63,966 nucleotides of DNA, filler included, from Octopus bimaculoides (GCF_001194135.2; 5 parts of 5 records of this genome joined end to end with filler, not necessarily neighbours in it), one strand, 5' to 3'; positions 50,700-62,632 are shown, counted from the first letter of the whole stretch. The notes: a model not told the origin generated them from the letters alone. Program-made: numbers and translations.

Positions 50700-51380
50700 G
50701 GGGGGGGAAGAAGACGAGAACGAAGCAGGAAATGAAATGGAGGAAGAGAAAAGGATGATGATGAAGAAGAAAACGGTAAGAGACGAAGAAGAGGAACGCG
50801 AAGGAGGAAGAAGGGGAGGAGGAGGAAGGAGAGCAGGAGGAAGAAGAAGAAGTAGAAGAGGAGGAGGAGAAGTAGAAGTAGTAGTAGTAGAAGAAGAAGA
50901 AGAAGAAAAAGAAGGAGAAGAAGAAGGAGAAGAAGAAGAAGAAGAAGAAAAAGAAAAAGAAGAAGAAGGAGAAGGAGGAGGAGGAGAAGAAGAAGAAAAA
51001 GAAGAAAAAGAAGAAAAAGAAGAAGAAGAAGAAGAAGAAGTAGAAGAAGAAGAAGAAGAAGAAGAAGGTTGAGAGGACGATACGAAAAAGATGAAAACGA
51101 GAGAAAAGAAGAAACAGTAGTAAAAGAAGACAAAAAGAAAGAAAGATAAAAAAATAGGAAAAGATGAAAAGGAAAAAGAAAAAAAAATCGCGATGAAAGA
51201 AGTGAAAATTTTGAGCCGGAGAAATCGAAGAAGAAGAAGAAGTAGAAGGGAAAGAAGAAAATGAAGAACACGATAAAAATAAAGAAGAAAGAGAATGAAG
51301 ATATGAAGAAGGAATAGTAAAAATGATGGACATCAACAACCGGATCAACCGGAACAAGAAGAAACAGCCTTGGCTTTTCA
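50700..51380. repeat. Purine-rich (GAA/GGA)n low-complexity tract
   Basis: Directly visible; produces the poly-E/K and poly-F/L/S ORFs. Confidence 0.92.
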
Positions 51381-51407
51381 CTAGGAATGGATGAGAAGAA
51401 TGGCGGA

Positions 51408-51447
<40 letters not shown>

Positions 51448-52462
51448 TTAGGCTGTGACTCGGATGCAGATAGATTTGACATTATATGTTCTCACTGTTC
51501 GACGGACAGTACAAGCACACACACACANNNNNNNNNNNNNNNNNNNNNNNNNNNNNNNNNNNNNNNNNNNNNNNNNNNNNNNNNNNNNNNNNNNNNNNNN
51601 NNNNNNNNNNNNNNNNNNNNNNNNNNNNNNNNNNNNNNNNNNNNNNNNNNNNNNNNNNNNNNNNNNNNNNNNNNNNNNNNNNNNNNNNNNNNNNNNNNNN
51701 NNNNNNNNNNNNNNNNNNNNNNNNNNNNNNNNNNNNNNNNNNNNNNNNNNNNNNNNNNNNNNNNNNNNNNNNNNNNNNNNNNNNNNNNNNNNNNNNNNNN
51801 NNNNNNNNNNNNNNNNNNNNNNNNNNNNNNNNNNNNNNNNNNNNNNNNNNNNNNNNNNNNNNNNNNNNNNNNNNNNNNNNNNNNNNNNNNNNNNNNNNNN
51901 NNNNNNNNNNNNNNNNNNNNNNNNNNNNNNNNNNNNNNNNNNNNNNNNNNNNNNNNNNNNNNNNNNNNNNNNNNNNNNNNNNNNNNNNNNNNNNNNNNNN
52001 NNNNNNNNNNNNNNNNNNNNNNNNNNNNNNNNNNNNNNNNNNNNNNNNNNNNNNNNNNNNNNNNNNNNNNNNNNNNNNNNNNNNNNNNNNNNNNNNNNNN
52101 NNNNNNNNNNNNNNNNNNNNNNNNNNNNNNNNNNNNNNNNNNNNNNNNNNNNNNNNNNNNNNNNNNNNNNNNNNNNNNNNNNNNNNNNNNNNNNNNNNNN
52201 NNNNNNNNNNNNNNNNNNNNNNNNNNNNNNNNNNNNNNNNNNNNNNNNNNNNNNNNNNNNNNNNNNNNNNNNNNNNNNNNNNNNNNNNNNNNNNNNNNNN
52301 NNNNNNNNNNNNNNNNNNNNNNNNNNNNNNNNNNNNNNNNNNNNNNNNNNNNNNNNNNNNNNNNNNNNNNNNNNNNNNNNNNNNNNNNNNNNNNNNNNNN
52401 NNNNNNNNNNNNNNNNNNNNNNNNNNNNNNNNNNNNNNNNNNNNNNNNNNNNNNNNNNNNTA

Positions 52463-52501
<39 letters not shown>

Positions 52502-52550
52502 ATAATAATAATAATAATAATAATATTAATAATAATAATGATAATAATAA

Positions 52551-52735
52551 CATCGAAAAATACCTTAGGAATGAGAACCCAGGTTCGAAATTTCCCCAAG
52601 ACACCTGATGAAGGCTGGAGGGTATATCAGCCGAAACGTTGTGTTAACAGCAAACAAGATGAGGACGAATATCCATCAATTGTAAATAGTGTAAATAATG
52701 TATATAATTCCTCATCTGTTAAATATAGAACTATA
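52551..52735 (+). mobile_element. PLE-type terminal repeat G
   Basis: Homologous to 33488-33600, follows a (TAC)n(TAA)n tract, and carries a hammerhead motif. Confidence 0.75.
52600..52645 (+). ncRNA. Minimal type I hammerhead ribozyme motif
   Basis: GACAC CTGATGA A GGCTG gagggtatat CAGCC GAAAC GTT GTGTT: complete core, 5-bp stem II, 5-bp stem I (GACAC/GTGTT), palindromic AACGTT in place of a stem III hairpin. Confidence 0.7.
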
Positions 52736-52765
52736 TTAGTTCATGATATATATGTACGTACGTAC

Positions 52766-52796
<31 letters not shown>

Positions 52797-52883
52797 TGCA
52801 TGTATGTATGTATGTATGTATGCCTGTATGTATAAGCCCGTCGTATATATATATACACACACACATACACACACACATACATA

Positions 52884-53212
52884 TATATACAATTCTTTTA
52901 TTTGTTTCAGTCATTTGCTGGAGCACCACCTTTAGTCGAACAGATCGATTCCAGGACTTATACTTGGTCTCTTTTGCCGAACCGCTAAGTTACAGGGACC
53001 TAACCACACCAACATCTGTTGTCAAGTGATGTTGGGGTGAGGGGACAAACACAAATACACAGACATATACATATATATATATATACGACAGGCTTCTTTT
53101 AGTTTCCGTCTACCAAAACCACTTACAAGGTTTTGATCGACCCAAGGATATAGTAAAAGACACATGCCCAAGGTGCCACGCAATGGGACTGGACCCGGAA
53201 CTATGTGGTTGG
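52884..53212 (-). mobile_element. Bipartite SINE C + (TA/CA)n + E
   Basis: E module 52884-53060 (GTTTCAGTCATTTG...GCCGAACCGCTAAGTTAC...GGGACAAACAC), internal microsatellite, C module 53085-53212. Confidence 0.88.
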
Positions 53213-53624
53213 ATATATACATATATATATAATATTTAAGAGGAGATTTCAAGTAGGTTCAACAATTTATATAAGCATATAATTAGCATGCAAGTTATTG
53301 ATATATATCTAATGCATCACTCAATAAAATATTAAAACACATAAAAAATTTACGGATACATAAATATATAAAAATATAACATACATATATGTGCAAAAAA
53401 CCATATTGAAGTATAAAAATATTCGTGTATAAAAATTTATATATTAACATTTTAAAATCTACATATTAAAACCATTGTCCTACTTACAGATTAAAAACGT
53501 TGTTAAAAATAAAAGAATAAATCCTTACGAAAAAGTGAATAAAAAAGTTTTAACTATGGAGGTTGAAGTTTCCAATGACTAGATGTAGGTACTCCAGTTT
53601 AAATAGTTAGGTGGTGGTACTCCA

Positions 53625-53880
53625 ACGGCCGTTTCAAGGGTACAGTAATCCATAGATTTGCTCGCCATTGCAATACTCAAATTTTCTTTTGACAATTCCT
53701 TGATTATTCCTGCAATATGCTGCGAGTCGTTGCTATGCTGGAACATCTACGAATGGTCTAAAAGAATCAAAACATGGAAGCATTGTTGCATAGTTTTTCC
53801 CAAGATCTTCAGATTAGCTGAACATCTCTCGATGCACTTCATTTGTTGCATAGGACTGTACTTTTGCCATCAAGTTTAAT
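53625..53880 (-). pseudogene. Tc1 (DDE) transposase remnant
   Basis: LKILGKTMQQCFHVLILLDHS*MFQHSNDSQHIAGIIKELSKENLSIAMASKSMDYCTLE aligns to the Tc1 motifs FQQDNDPKH...SPDLNPIE. Confidence 0.6.
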
Positions 53881-53907
53881 TCCAGAAGTCATACATTATA
53901 GTTTGAC

Positions 53908-54720
53908 TGCAATGTTATGATCAGTCTGAATATGTTTGATGCACGTTCGAACTCGGGAACAAGCTACTCACTGCGTTTTGTCACGGAGAATATATCTCGC
54001 CTGTTGACAAATGGTGTGTATACACCTAGATCAGCTCTCAGCGCCATCTACCTAGACTGGAAGATACAAGCATTTCGGAGTAGTTATCTCCTCATCGGTA
54101 ACAGACACTAAGCCGACGATACTACAAGATGACTGGCAGCACTATATGGCGACTCACCGTAAGTAAATTACGGAGGGGGAGCGCTAAGTAGTGATAAGTG
54201 AAATTACAGCTCCTAGTTTCGTACGCTTAGTGTCTGTGACCGATGGGGAGATAACTACTCCGAAATGCTAGCATCTCACAGTCCAGGTAGATGGCGTTGT
54301 GAGCTGATCTAGGTGTATACATGCCATTTGTATCAAGCGAGATATATCCTTATTTCTTTATTGCCCACATGGGACTAAACATAGAGGGGGACAAAAAAGG
54401 ACAGACAAAGGGATTAAGTCGATTACATCGACCCCAGTGCGTAAAGGGTACTTAATTTATCGACCCCGAAAGGATGAAAGGCAAAGTTGACCTCGGCGGA
54501 ATTTGAACTCAGAACGTTACGGCAGACGAAATACTGCTAAGCATTTCGCCCGGCGTGCTAACGTTTCTGCCAGCTCGCTGTCATCAAGCGAGATATATTC
54601 TCCATGGTAAAACGCAGTAAGGAGCTGGTTACCTAGTTCGAACGTGCATCAAGCTTATTCGGACTGATAATAACATTGCAATTTCACTTATAACTGCTTA
54701 GCGCTCCGCCTCCGTAATTG
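53908..54720. mobile_element. Nested foldback: ~205-bp arms A/A' plus 40-bp arms B/B'
   Basis: A 53908-54113 pairs with A' 54225-54680 (interrupted by a SINE); B 54166-54205 pairs with B' 54680-54719. Confidence 0.85.
54348..54582 (-). mobile_element. SINE family B with 16-bp TSD
   Basis: ATCAAGCGAGATATAT at 54332-54347 and 54583-54598 flanks a full family B copy. Confidence 0.93.
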
Positions 54721-55214
54721 TAGTTTGAGTGTATCAAATTAGATTTTGCTTTATCTGGCCTGAAAATTTTAGTCTAGTCTTGTGATACCTAATTCTTATG
54801 CTCCTGATCGAAATGAATGCAGATATGTCGATTTATTCTTACCCAAACTGTATAACCGATTTTGGATGGGAGTGATATCCATCTGCATGTAGATATTTTG
54901 TTGAACAATCTTCAAAATATCAATTGCTATCTTTTTATTGACGTTCTTTCAGAAACAGTGACTGTATCAGTCCATCCTTTCAGACTTTTATTTCGAGGAT
55001 ATGATTTATCGTCTGACTGTAAGATATTATATTTTTAACAATCATCGTCAACATCATGATCAACAACAACAACAATCACAACAAAAATAACAGTAACAGC
55101 AAAACCAACAAAAACAATAATAATAACGACAAAAACAATGATTTGCTTTCTTTATCTGGGCGGAAAACAATATATATAGGCAAGGAATAAATTAAATTAG
55201 AAATAAAAACACGT

Positions 55215-55560
55215 GAGTGGATTTTGTAGATGGAAAATGAAGGAAGCACGTCGTGCGTGTGTATGTGTTAGTGAGTGTGTATGTACGTGTGTGTTTTTGA
55301 GTCTGTGTGTGTGTGTGTCTTTGTGTGTCTCTGTGCTTGTGTCTCCAGCAATTGACAACGGGCGTTGGTTTGTTTACGTCCCCACAACTTAATGGTTGGG
55401 CAAAACAAACCGATAGAATAAGTACCAGGCTTCAAAAATTAGTACTGGGGTCGTTTCCTTCGACCAAATCGATAAAATAAGTATCAGTTGAACACAGATG
55501 TAATCGACTTTGTCCATCCTCCGAATTTGCTGACCTTGTGCCAAAATTTGAAACCAATAT
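55215..55560 (+). mobile_element. Chimeric SINE: C 3' part + microsatellite + E + B tail
   Basis: GTGAGTGGATTTTGTAGATGGAAA (C), (TG)n, TTTACGTCCCC...GATAGAATAAGTACCAGGC (E), then TCGATAAAATAAGTATCAG...TGTAATCGAC...CCTTGTGCCAAAATTTGAAACCA (B). Confidence 0.7.
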
Positions 55561-56712
55561 TGACTGCATCACCGCAAATTTTAAATGTACTCTCTTATGC
55601 TATATGTTACTCATCTCAGCACAGGTAGGCTTTACTGATCGTTGTTGTCGCTTTAACCATGACAATATATTCGAGAATACCGTACCCTAATTCAAGATAA
55701 AGATCATTCCACTACATTGATGTTAGGAGCAGAGTTATACGAAATGAAGTTGAAGGCCAATCAAAGTTAATGGGGGATGAGATTTCTGGTGCAGCGTAGT
55801 GAAACGCATCTCGGTTGTGGTTATTTGCTGATCATATGAACTTTGTGTTAACATTATATATATATAGTTATGTTTTCAATATTTGTTGTATTAAACATAT
55901 TCATAGTAAATTAGCTAATCATTACTGTTGTTTCACGCCAAATCAGTCATGAGTGAGTAGACCTATGAACAACAAAATGTGTTCCAGCCAGCGTTATCTT
56001 TTCTTTGCAAGGATATCCAGGGCAACAGCATCTAAGCGTCCTTTTATTATTTAAAACAACTGAGTTGCAATTTCAAAAACATTCAGCAGCTATAGAGCGA
56101 ATGCAGAAGCTCACAAGTTTCCCATGTGGACGGACTTACTAAATTATTTAACCCTTCAGCCATTCTCTGTAATAAATCTGATATTGTGTTTTTAATTGGT
56201 TTCTCGATACTTTCTTAAGTAAATATTTTGGCTGTGGGCATGATTATCACACTCAATACATCACCATCAAATGTAAGGGCTTCATTTCAGAAAACCAGTA
56301 CACAAGATATTTTTAACACTGGGATTCTGAAATCGACAATGTATTTCTATTGATTCAACTACTCATGAAGCTGTTCTTAGCATTCTACGTAATTTTAAGG
56401 AATGTCTTACGGTATAGCTTTTGGGGTAAGCAGAAAATTATTTTTGATTATTGCTTAAAATGCTTCTGGCTAAGAATATTCTTGTTAGTTTTCTACAAAA
56501 CGATATCCGTTATTTCAGGCACGATTAGGCATCTTTTCTTTAAAGCCACATTCCTTCCGACTCCTAAGGGTTTATTTTTCTTAGCTTGCAGCCCTGTTGA
56601 AAATGTATCTACTATCCTTGTCTATAATTGAGAGTGAAGAGAACCTCGAAAATATTTCCAGATAGAGACACTTTCAGTAAAGCTGCTGCAAGCTAATATA
56701 AGACAGGAATGC

Positions 56713-56757
<45 letters not shown>

Positions 56758-57439
56758 CATACACACATGTATCCATACATTCATTCATCCATTCATACAC
56801 ACACACACACACATTTAAGCATAACTATGCATATGTACACATACACACCAACACGTGCACACTCAGACGCACATGCGTATTACACCTAATTTATTGGTAT
56901 CTGAAACTTCACAAATCGTTACTCCGAAGTTTTCGTTGCTGGACAATTATGACAAACAAGGCATGGGAATTAGAATCCAATGAGATTTCAGTAAATACAC
57001 TTTATCATAGGTTGTGAGATATAAAGTTACTTGTAAATATTACTGGTTGATGATGTAACCGTGGTTTGGAAATTAGGGTGGTTTTTGAAACAGTTTGGTG
57101 AAGATAATGGACGACTTATAGTTATGTAGGAGTTATACATACATATGTGTGTATGTGTGTGTGTATGTATGTGTGTGTGTGTATGTGTGTGTGTGTATAT
57201 GTATATATGTATATATATATATGTGTGTATAAGTTTATATATAGACATATGTACACACACATTATATCATAAGCCATCGTTCGACGATGGCATAGCTGGC
57301 CGAAACTTCGGAACCACTGTCAACAACATCCTTCCTTGTATAAGATTTGATAAATTTGTTCTCTACAAAGGTATAGAGTAACTCATCAAATTAATGTAAA
57401 AATTGTTTTTGTCATAACTGAACATAAACACGAACATTA

Positions 57440-57470
<31 letters not shown>

Positions 57471-57888
57471 AGTATNNNNNNNNNNNNNNNNNNNNNNNNN
57501 NNNNNNNNNNNNNNNNNNNNNNNNNNNNNNNNNNNNNNNNNNNNNNNNNNNNNNNNNNNNNNNNNNNNNNNNNNNNNNNNNNNNNNNNNNNNNNNNNNNN
57601 NNNNNNNNNNNNNNNNNNNNNNNNNNNNNNNNNNNNNNNNNNNNNNNNNNNNNNNNNNNNNNNNNNNNNNNNNNNNNNNNNNNNNNNNNNNNNNNNNNNN
57701 NNNNNNNNNNNNNNNNNNNNNNNNNNNNNNNNNNNNNNNNNNNNNNNNNNNNNNNNNNNNNNNNNNNNNNNNNNNNNNNNNNNNNNNNNNNNNNNNNNNN
57801 NNNNNNNNNNNNNNNNNNNNNNNNNNNNNNNNNNNNNNNNNNNNNNNNNNNNNNNNNNNNNNNNNNNNNNNNNNNNNNNNNNNNNNNN

Positions 57889-57940
<52 letters not shown>

Positions 57941-58074
57941 CATGGACTCTCCTGTCGTTAGACGACGTATGAGGTTTCGGCAGGAAACTGCCGAACAACC
58001 ACACAAATGATTTGCTTATAATGATGAAATGTTTGTGTTCACATAAGCTCACACCCACCATCAAATCAACATTA

Positions 58075-58242
58075 CCTGTACAGGTGCTCCATGTGCTACA
58101 TGTCAGATGACGAAATGATCGCAAAGCAACATGAAATGAATTGCTTTGCTAAAGATCACAATGCAGGCCCCGTCTAGGAATCGAACCTACGATCTCGCAA
58201 TTATGAGTGCAATACCTTAACCACTAAGCCATGTGCCTTCAC
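58075..58242 (-). mobile_element. SINE family D, diverged
   Basis: GCAACATGAAATGAATTGCTTTGCT...AGGAATCGAACCTACGATC...TAACCACTAAGCCATGTGCCTTCAC. Confidence 0.75.
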
Positions 58243-58298
58243 ACACACATATACACACGCACACGAACACACATACAAATAAACAGATGTAGACATAG

Positions 58299-58332
<34 letters not shown>

Positions 58333-58779
58333 CATCTTAATCCTGTTTCTTAGAATAAACTCTATGAGGTCTTTCCTTTCTAGCACGAGACCATTTATGT
58401 TATGCAGGATTATAAAACTGCCGTCTCTGTTATATGCCTTCACATAAGGTAGAAGAAAATTCCTGCATGATGTTCAAAATTAATTTCTTATAATTTCGCA
58501 TTATCAAGTCCCATATCGTGATTCCAATCAGACTTTGAACAATTCGACTGCTTCTTTTTCATACTCAATTTAAGTTACTGAAAAACAAAAGAGACTGGCT
58601 TGCGTGCATAAAAATCAGACTCACTAATTCGTACAGTGTGGTTGGCGAAATTTAAGACTCGAGAAGAAGCGGTATAATTATAGAAGGATAGAAATCTATA
58701 ATATCAAATTGCTTGCATTTGCAATGGTTGTCGTTAATAGCGCTAAATCATTCTAGTCTCGTTGTCTCATAAAATAAAT

Positions 58780-58781
58780 AA

Positions 58782-58847
<66 letters not shown>

Positions 58848-58850
58848 TAA

Positions 58851-58921
<71 letters not shown>
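58780..58921. repeat. (AAAT)n/(AAT)n microsatellite
   Basis: Directly visible. Confidence 0.95.
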
Positions 58922-58922
<1 letters not shown>

Positions 58923-59176
58923 GGAAAAGTATAGTTGGTTACTTATCGACTCATTATGCGCGTTTGATTCCAGGATCGTAAAGTGTTATGTCTCAAGCTA
59001 CTGCTATCTGGCACCTTCGGATGATCTTTACTCAACCGCTACTCAACTGCTACTCGACTACTACTCAACACTCCTACCACGGTCAGACTACCTCTATTTA
59101 TATGTCTTGGGAGATCCTACTTCTTCACCTGGGGGCGTCGACACAACATAAAGAAAGAGGAAAAAAAAACAAACAA

Positions 59177-59204
<28 letters not shown>

Positions 59205-59208
<4 letters not shown>

Positions 59209-59520
59209 AAGAAATACCATCCCTTAACATTTGAAATAGGAAGAATTTGGAGTATGAGAATAGTAAAGGTCGTGCCTATGATAATTGGTGCGTTGGGAAC
59301 AGTAAGCAAAGATATAGACAAATGAATGAAGGAGATTGGAATACAATGCCCGGTAGAGCTCCTACAGAAAGCCTATCGCTTACGGACAGCGAGAATTATC
59401 AGTAGGGCTCTTAGCACTTGAATGGCTACGGAAAACGTGTGGATACCTGTGGTTACAGGTAGTAACCCGTTACACACATAAACCCTACCAGGAATAAGAC
59501 CATACCTGAGCTTTGTTTCT
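59205..59520 (+). mobile_element. R4/Dong-type 3' end and 3' UTR ending in (TAA)n
   Basis: KKYHPLTFEIGRIWSMRIVKVVPMIIGALGTVSKD...ELLQKAYRLRTARIISRALST* (stop 59419-59421), then UTR, then TAA repeats from 59521. Confidence 0.85.
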
Positions 59521-59554
59521 ATAATAATAATAATGATAGTAATAATAATCATAA

Positions 59555-59601
<47 letters not shown>

Positions 59602-59609
59602 ATAATATT

Positions 59610-60125
59610 CAGCACCAGGCAGTGGCTCTCATGGCTTCCTGTCTTAACTGATTGGAAGTGTTATCATGTACATTGTTTTGTCTTGGTGTAAAAGATGGGC
59701 TACAGCAAATATTCTGCTCAATACCACAGATTTACTTGTCAGCTGTTTAGCCCTAACCAGTTGAGTATGTCCCTTAGTGGCTGACGATATGTGCATTGCT
59801 GATCATGAGCAGAAGTAGTGGGGGAGCATCATAGCCATGTGTCTAGAGGAATTCTTTGGGGTTTGGATAATTCACTTTTGGAAAGATGGGTGTTATTCAA
59901 GGGCCTTTTGAACGGGATGGGCTACTCAACCTGAAGAAAATTCTACCTGGTCCCCCATCTGCAAGTTCATGCACTGTTTATCTTGATATGAGATCACTAT
60001 GTCGTGCACATATGATTGTGATGCATATGCCTGGTGTACCCTTATCAGACGAGTAGTCATAATGGGTACACTGGGCTTCGTATACCTAAAGTGTCACTTT
60101 GATGACATGCACTGCTGTCTCACTC
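59610..60125 (+). mobile_element. Non-coding element F, apparently complete (~515 bp)
   Basis: Preceded by (TAG)n(TAA), followed by AATAATAATAGTAAT; homologous to 25317 and 33804. Confidence 0.88.
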
Positions 60126-60235
60126 AATAATAATAGTAATCCTTTCTACTATAGACACACAGTCTGAAATTTGGGGGGCGGGAATTAAAAATGGAACAGA
60201 AATTATTTTTATTAGAAAATTTCAACACATACATG

Positions 60236-60332
60236 TAGGCGCTGGCGTGTCTGTGTTACTTAGAAGTTTGCTTCTCAGCCATATAGTCTTGGATTCAGTC
60301 TCATTGCATAGCATTTTCGGCAAGTGTCTACT
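60236..60332 (+). mobile_element. SINE family C head, diverged
   Basis: AGGCGCTGGCGTGTCTGTG...GAAGTTTGCTTCTCAGCCA...GGATTCAGTCTC...GGCAAGTGTCTACTA. Confidence 0.65.
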
Positions 60333-60334
60333 AA

Positions 60335-61500
60335 GGAGACCCAACAAAATATCCAGATAGACGAAACAAAGAAAACAAGGACGGTCATTCGGAGTTTTCT
60401 TTCCTCAGTCGAGTTCTAGATTATCTTTAAAATTTCAGCTGGTTATACTTGAGATTGCTCCAATCTGGCCAGCCCTAAGGAAAAACTAAGCTAAGAGCAT
60501 TAAATTCCTTGGAAGAAAGCAGCGAATGTATACAAAAACAAGGACGGAAAAAAAAAAACGGAGAATGCTACACAAATACAAATAACAAGACATAACAAGA
60601 GGTGTCTTTCGACTAAGGACGGATGAAATTAAGCTGGCGTGTGTGGAAGAAAACTCCGAATGACCCATCCTTATTTTCTTTCTATCATCTATCTGGATGT
60701 TTTGTTGTCCCTTTTTTGTATCACCTAACTGTTTGGATGTTTTGCGTTCTTGTTTCATTTTGTATTTTATATAAATATATAGCGGCGTACGTACACTTTG
60801 GTCTCTTATATGTAAGTATATATTTATCTAAATCTTGTACGACTCTATTCTTTTATTCTTTTCTTCTTTCTATCGGCCCTTTCATGCTTCGTTCATTTCA
60901 CTTTTCGTTCTTTCGTTCCCCATCTCTCATATTTCCTTGCCTTCTCTTCATGCTCACTTTCCCTCCTCTTTTCAATTCACTGTGTCCCTGTCATGTTTTC
61001 TCGCCCTTCCTTATTTCTTCTGCTCCTCTGCCTCTACCTCTCTTTCTTCTCTCCCCACATGACCGGTGCTCAGCCAAGCCTGACCTTTCTTTTTTGGTTC
61101 GGCCGTCGTCCGTGCAACATCTATATTCCTCCCTGTGCCTGTGAAATCTTATGTCCCTGCCATAAGGCTTTACTTCCACACACGCCAGCTTAATGTAATT
61201 CGTCCTTAGTCGAAAGACACCTGTTGTTATGTCCTGTTATTTGTATTTGTGCAAAATTCTCCGTTTTTTTCCCGTCCTTGTTTTTGTATACATTCACTGC
61301 TTTCTTCCAAGGAATCTAATACTCTTAGCTTAGTTTTTCCTTGGGGCTGGCCAGATTTGAGCAGGCTCGAGTATAACCAGCCGAAATTGCAAAGATAATC
61401 TGGAACTCGACTGAGAAAAGAAAACTCCGAATGACCCGTCCTTGTTTTCTTTGTATCGTCTATCTGGATGTTTTGCGTTCTTGTCCCATTTTGTATTCTC
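60335..61500. mobile_element. Penelope-like remnant with ~310-bp inverted repeats
   Basis: 60340-60650 is the reverse complement of 61173-61480; a third partial copy lies at 60650-60760. The minus strand near 61060-61170 reads KPYGRDIRFHRHREEYRCCTDDGRTKKERSGLAEH, resembling the GIY-YIG R..EH...S.LAEH segment. Confidence 0.65.
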
Positions 61501-61503
61501 TCT

Positions 61504-61566
<63 letters not shown>

Positions 61567-62433
61567 ATATATATATATATATATATATACAGACATGTGT
61601 ATGTATATGTAAGTGTGTACACATATATGAAGAAAGGGAGAAAAAATCAGCACGAATGTAATTTCTTTAATGACTGAATATGCACCACACACACATACAC
61701 ACTCTTACAAACGCTAGCACACACAGAAAAACTTACAAGCGTATACACACAAATTACCATCTACCCTCTTATAAGACTTCTCTCATATAAATATTCCTTT
61801 TCTCTCTCTCAAAAACACACACGAAAGTGTGTGCAATGTGAAACTACTGGGGCCTTAAGGTCAACGTTGATGACAGACAGGCGAATTTCACCTCAGATCA
61901 AGCAACCTGTCTTTATAACAGGTGACATCGTTTGATGCCATATTGTTTATATGACACGATTAACTTATCAATCTAAGTTTCTAGCCGCCATGTTTGCTTT
62001 AGTTTAGCTTCCAATTTCAAAGGGTTTGCAGCTGTCATGGCACGTTTTAACAGAACAGTGAAACCGTATCAAATGATTGCACGATAACAATAATGTATTT
62101 TAAGTCGACATTATATCGAGCAGCAGCGTACTTAATTAACCGTACCCCACTGAAAGTTAGCAAGTCAATTTAAACGTTTATTGGTGATGGTAGTATTACT
62201 GTGTATCTATCTATTTATCAGTCAGATTTTCTTATTCTCTCCAGTGCTTCTGTCTGTCTATCTGTCTGTCTGCACCCCTATCTCAATTTCTCTCTCTCCC
62301 TTTCCGAGCATATTCAGTTGGATGTTACTCCGTTTTGTATCTCTCTTTCTGGAACTCTTTAGCTATACATATAATCTGTACAACAATATATAAGTAAATC
62401 TAATAATATATTCATATAATTATATCTATCTAT

Positions 62434-62632
62434 TTTCGATTTTGGATTTGGTTTGCAAGATTCTTTATGTGAGTTCGTGTGTTGAAGCATATTCTGTTGT
62501 GTCTGGGGAGAGTCATAATCTTTTAGTGCCTTAAAATCTAACACACTCACCGGTAAAACTTCCACTTCTTTCTTTTTTTTTTTATTTTTTCTTATTTTTC
62601 TAAAATTTTCGTTGCGTCTTGCAATCTTTTCA
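62434..62632. mobile_element. Repeat family H copy
   Basis: Reverse complement of 39477-39670. Confidence 0.75.

Noticed and set aside
56230-56600. Tc1 transposase remnant on the minus strand (VF*NEALTFDG)
   Set aside because: Similarity is too weak to call without an alignment.
57270-57320. Hammerhead-like TCGACGA…GGC/GCC-GAAAC (similarly the minus strand at ~28645-28685)
   Set aside because: The core deviates (TCGACGA; CTGATTA) and stems I/III do not form; at best a dead relic.
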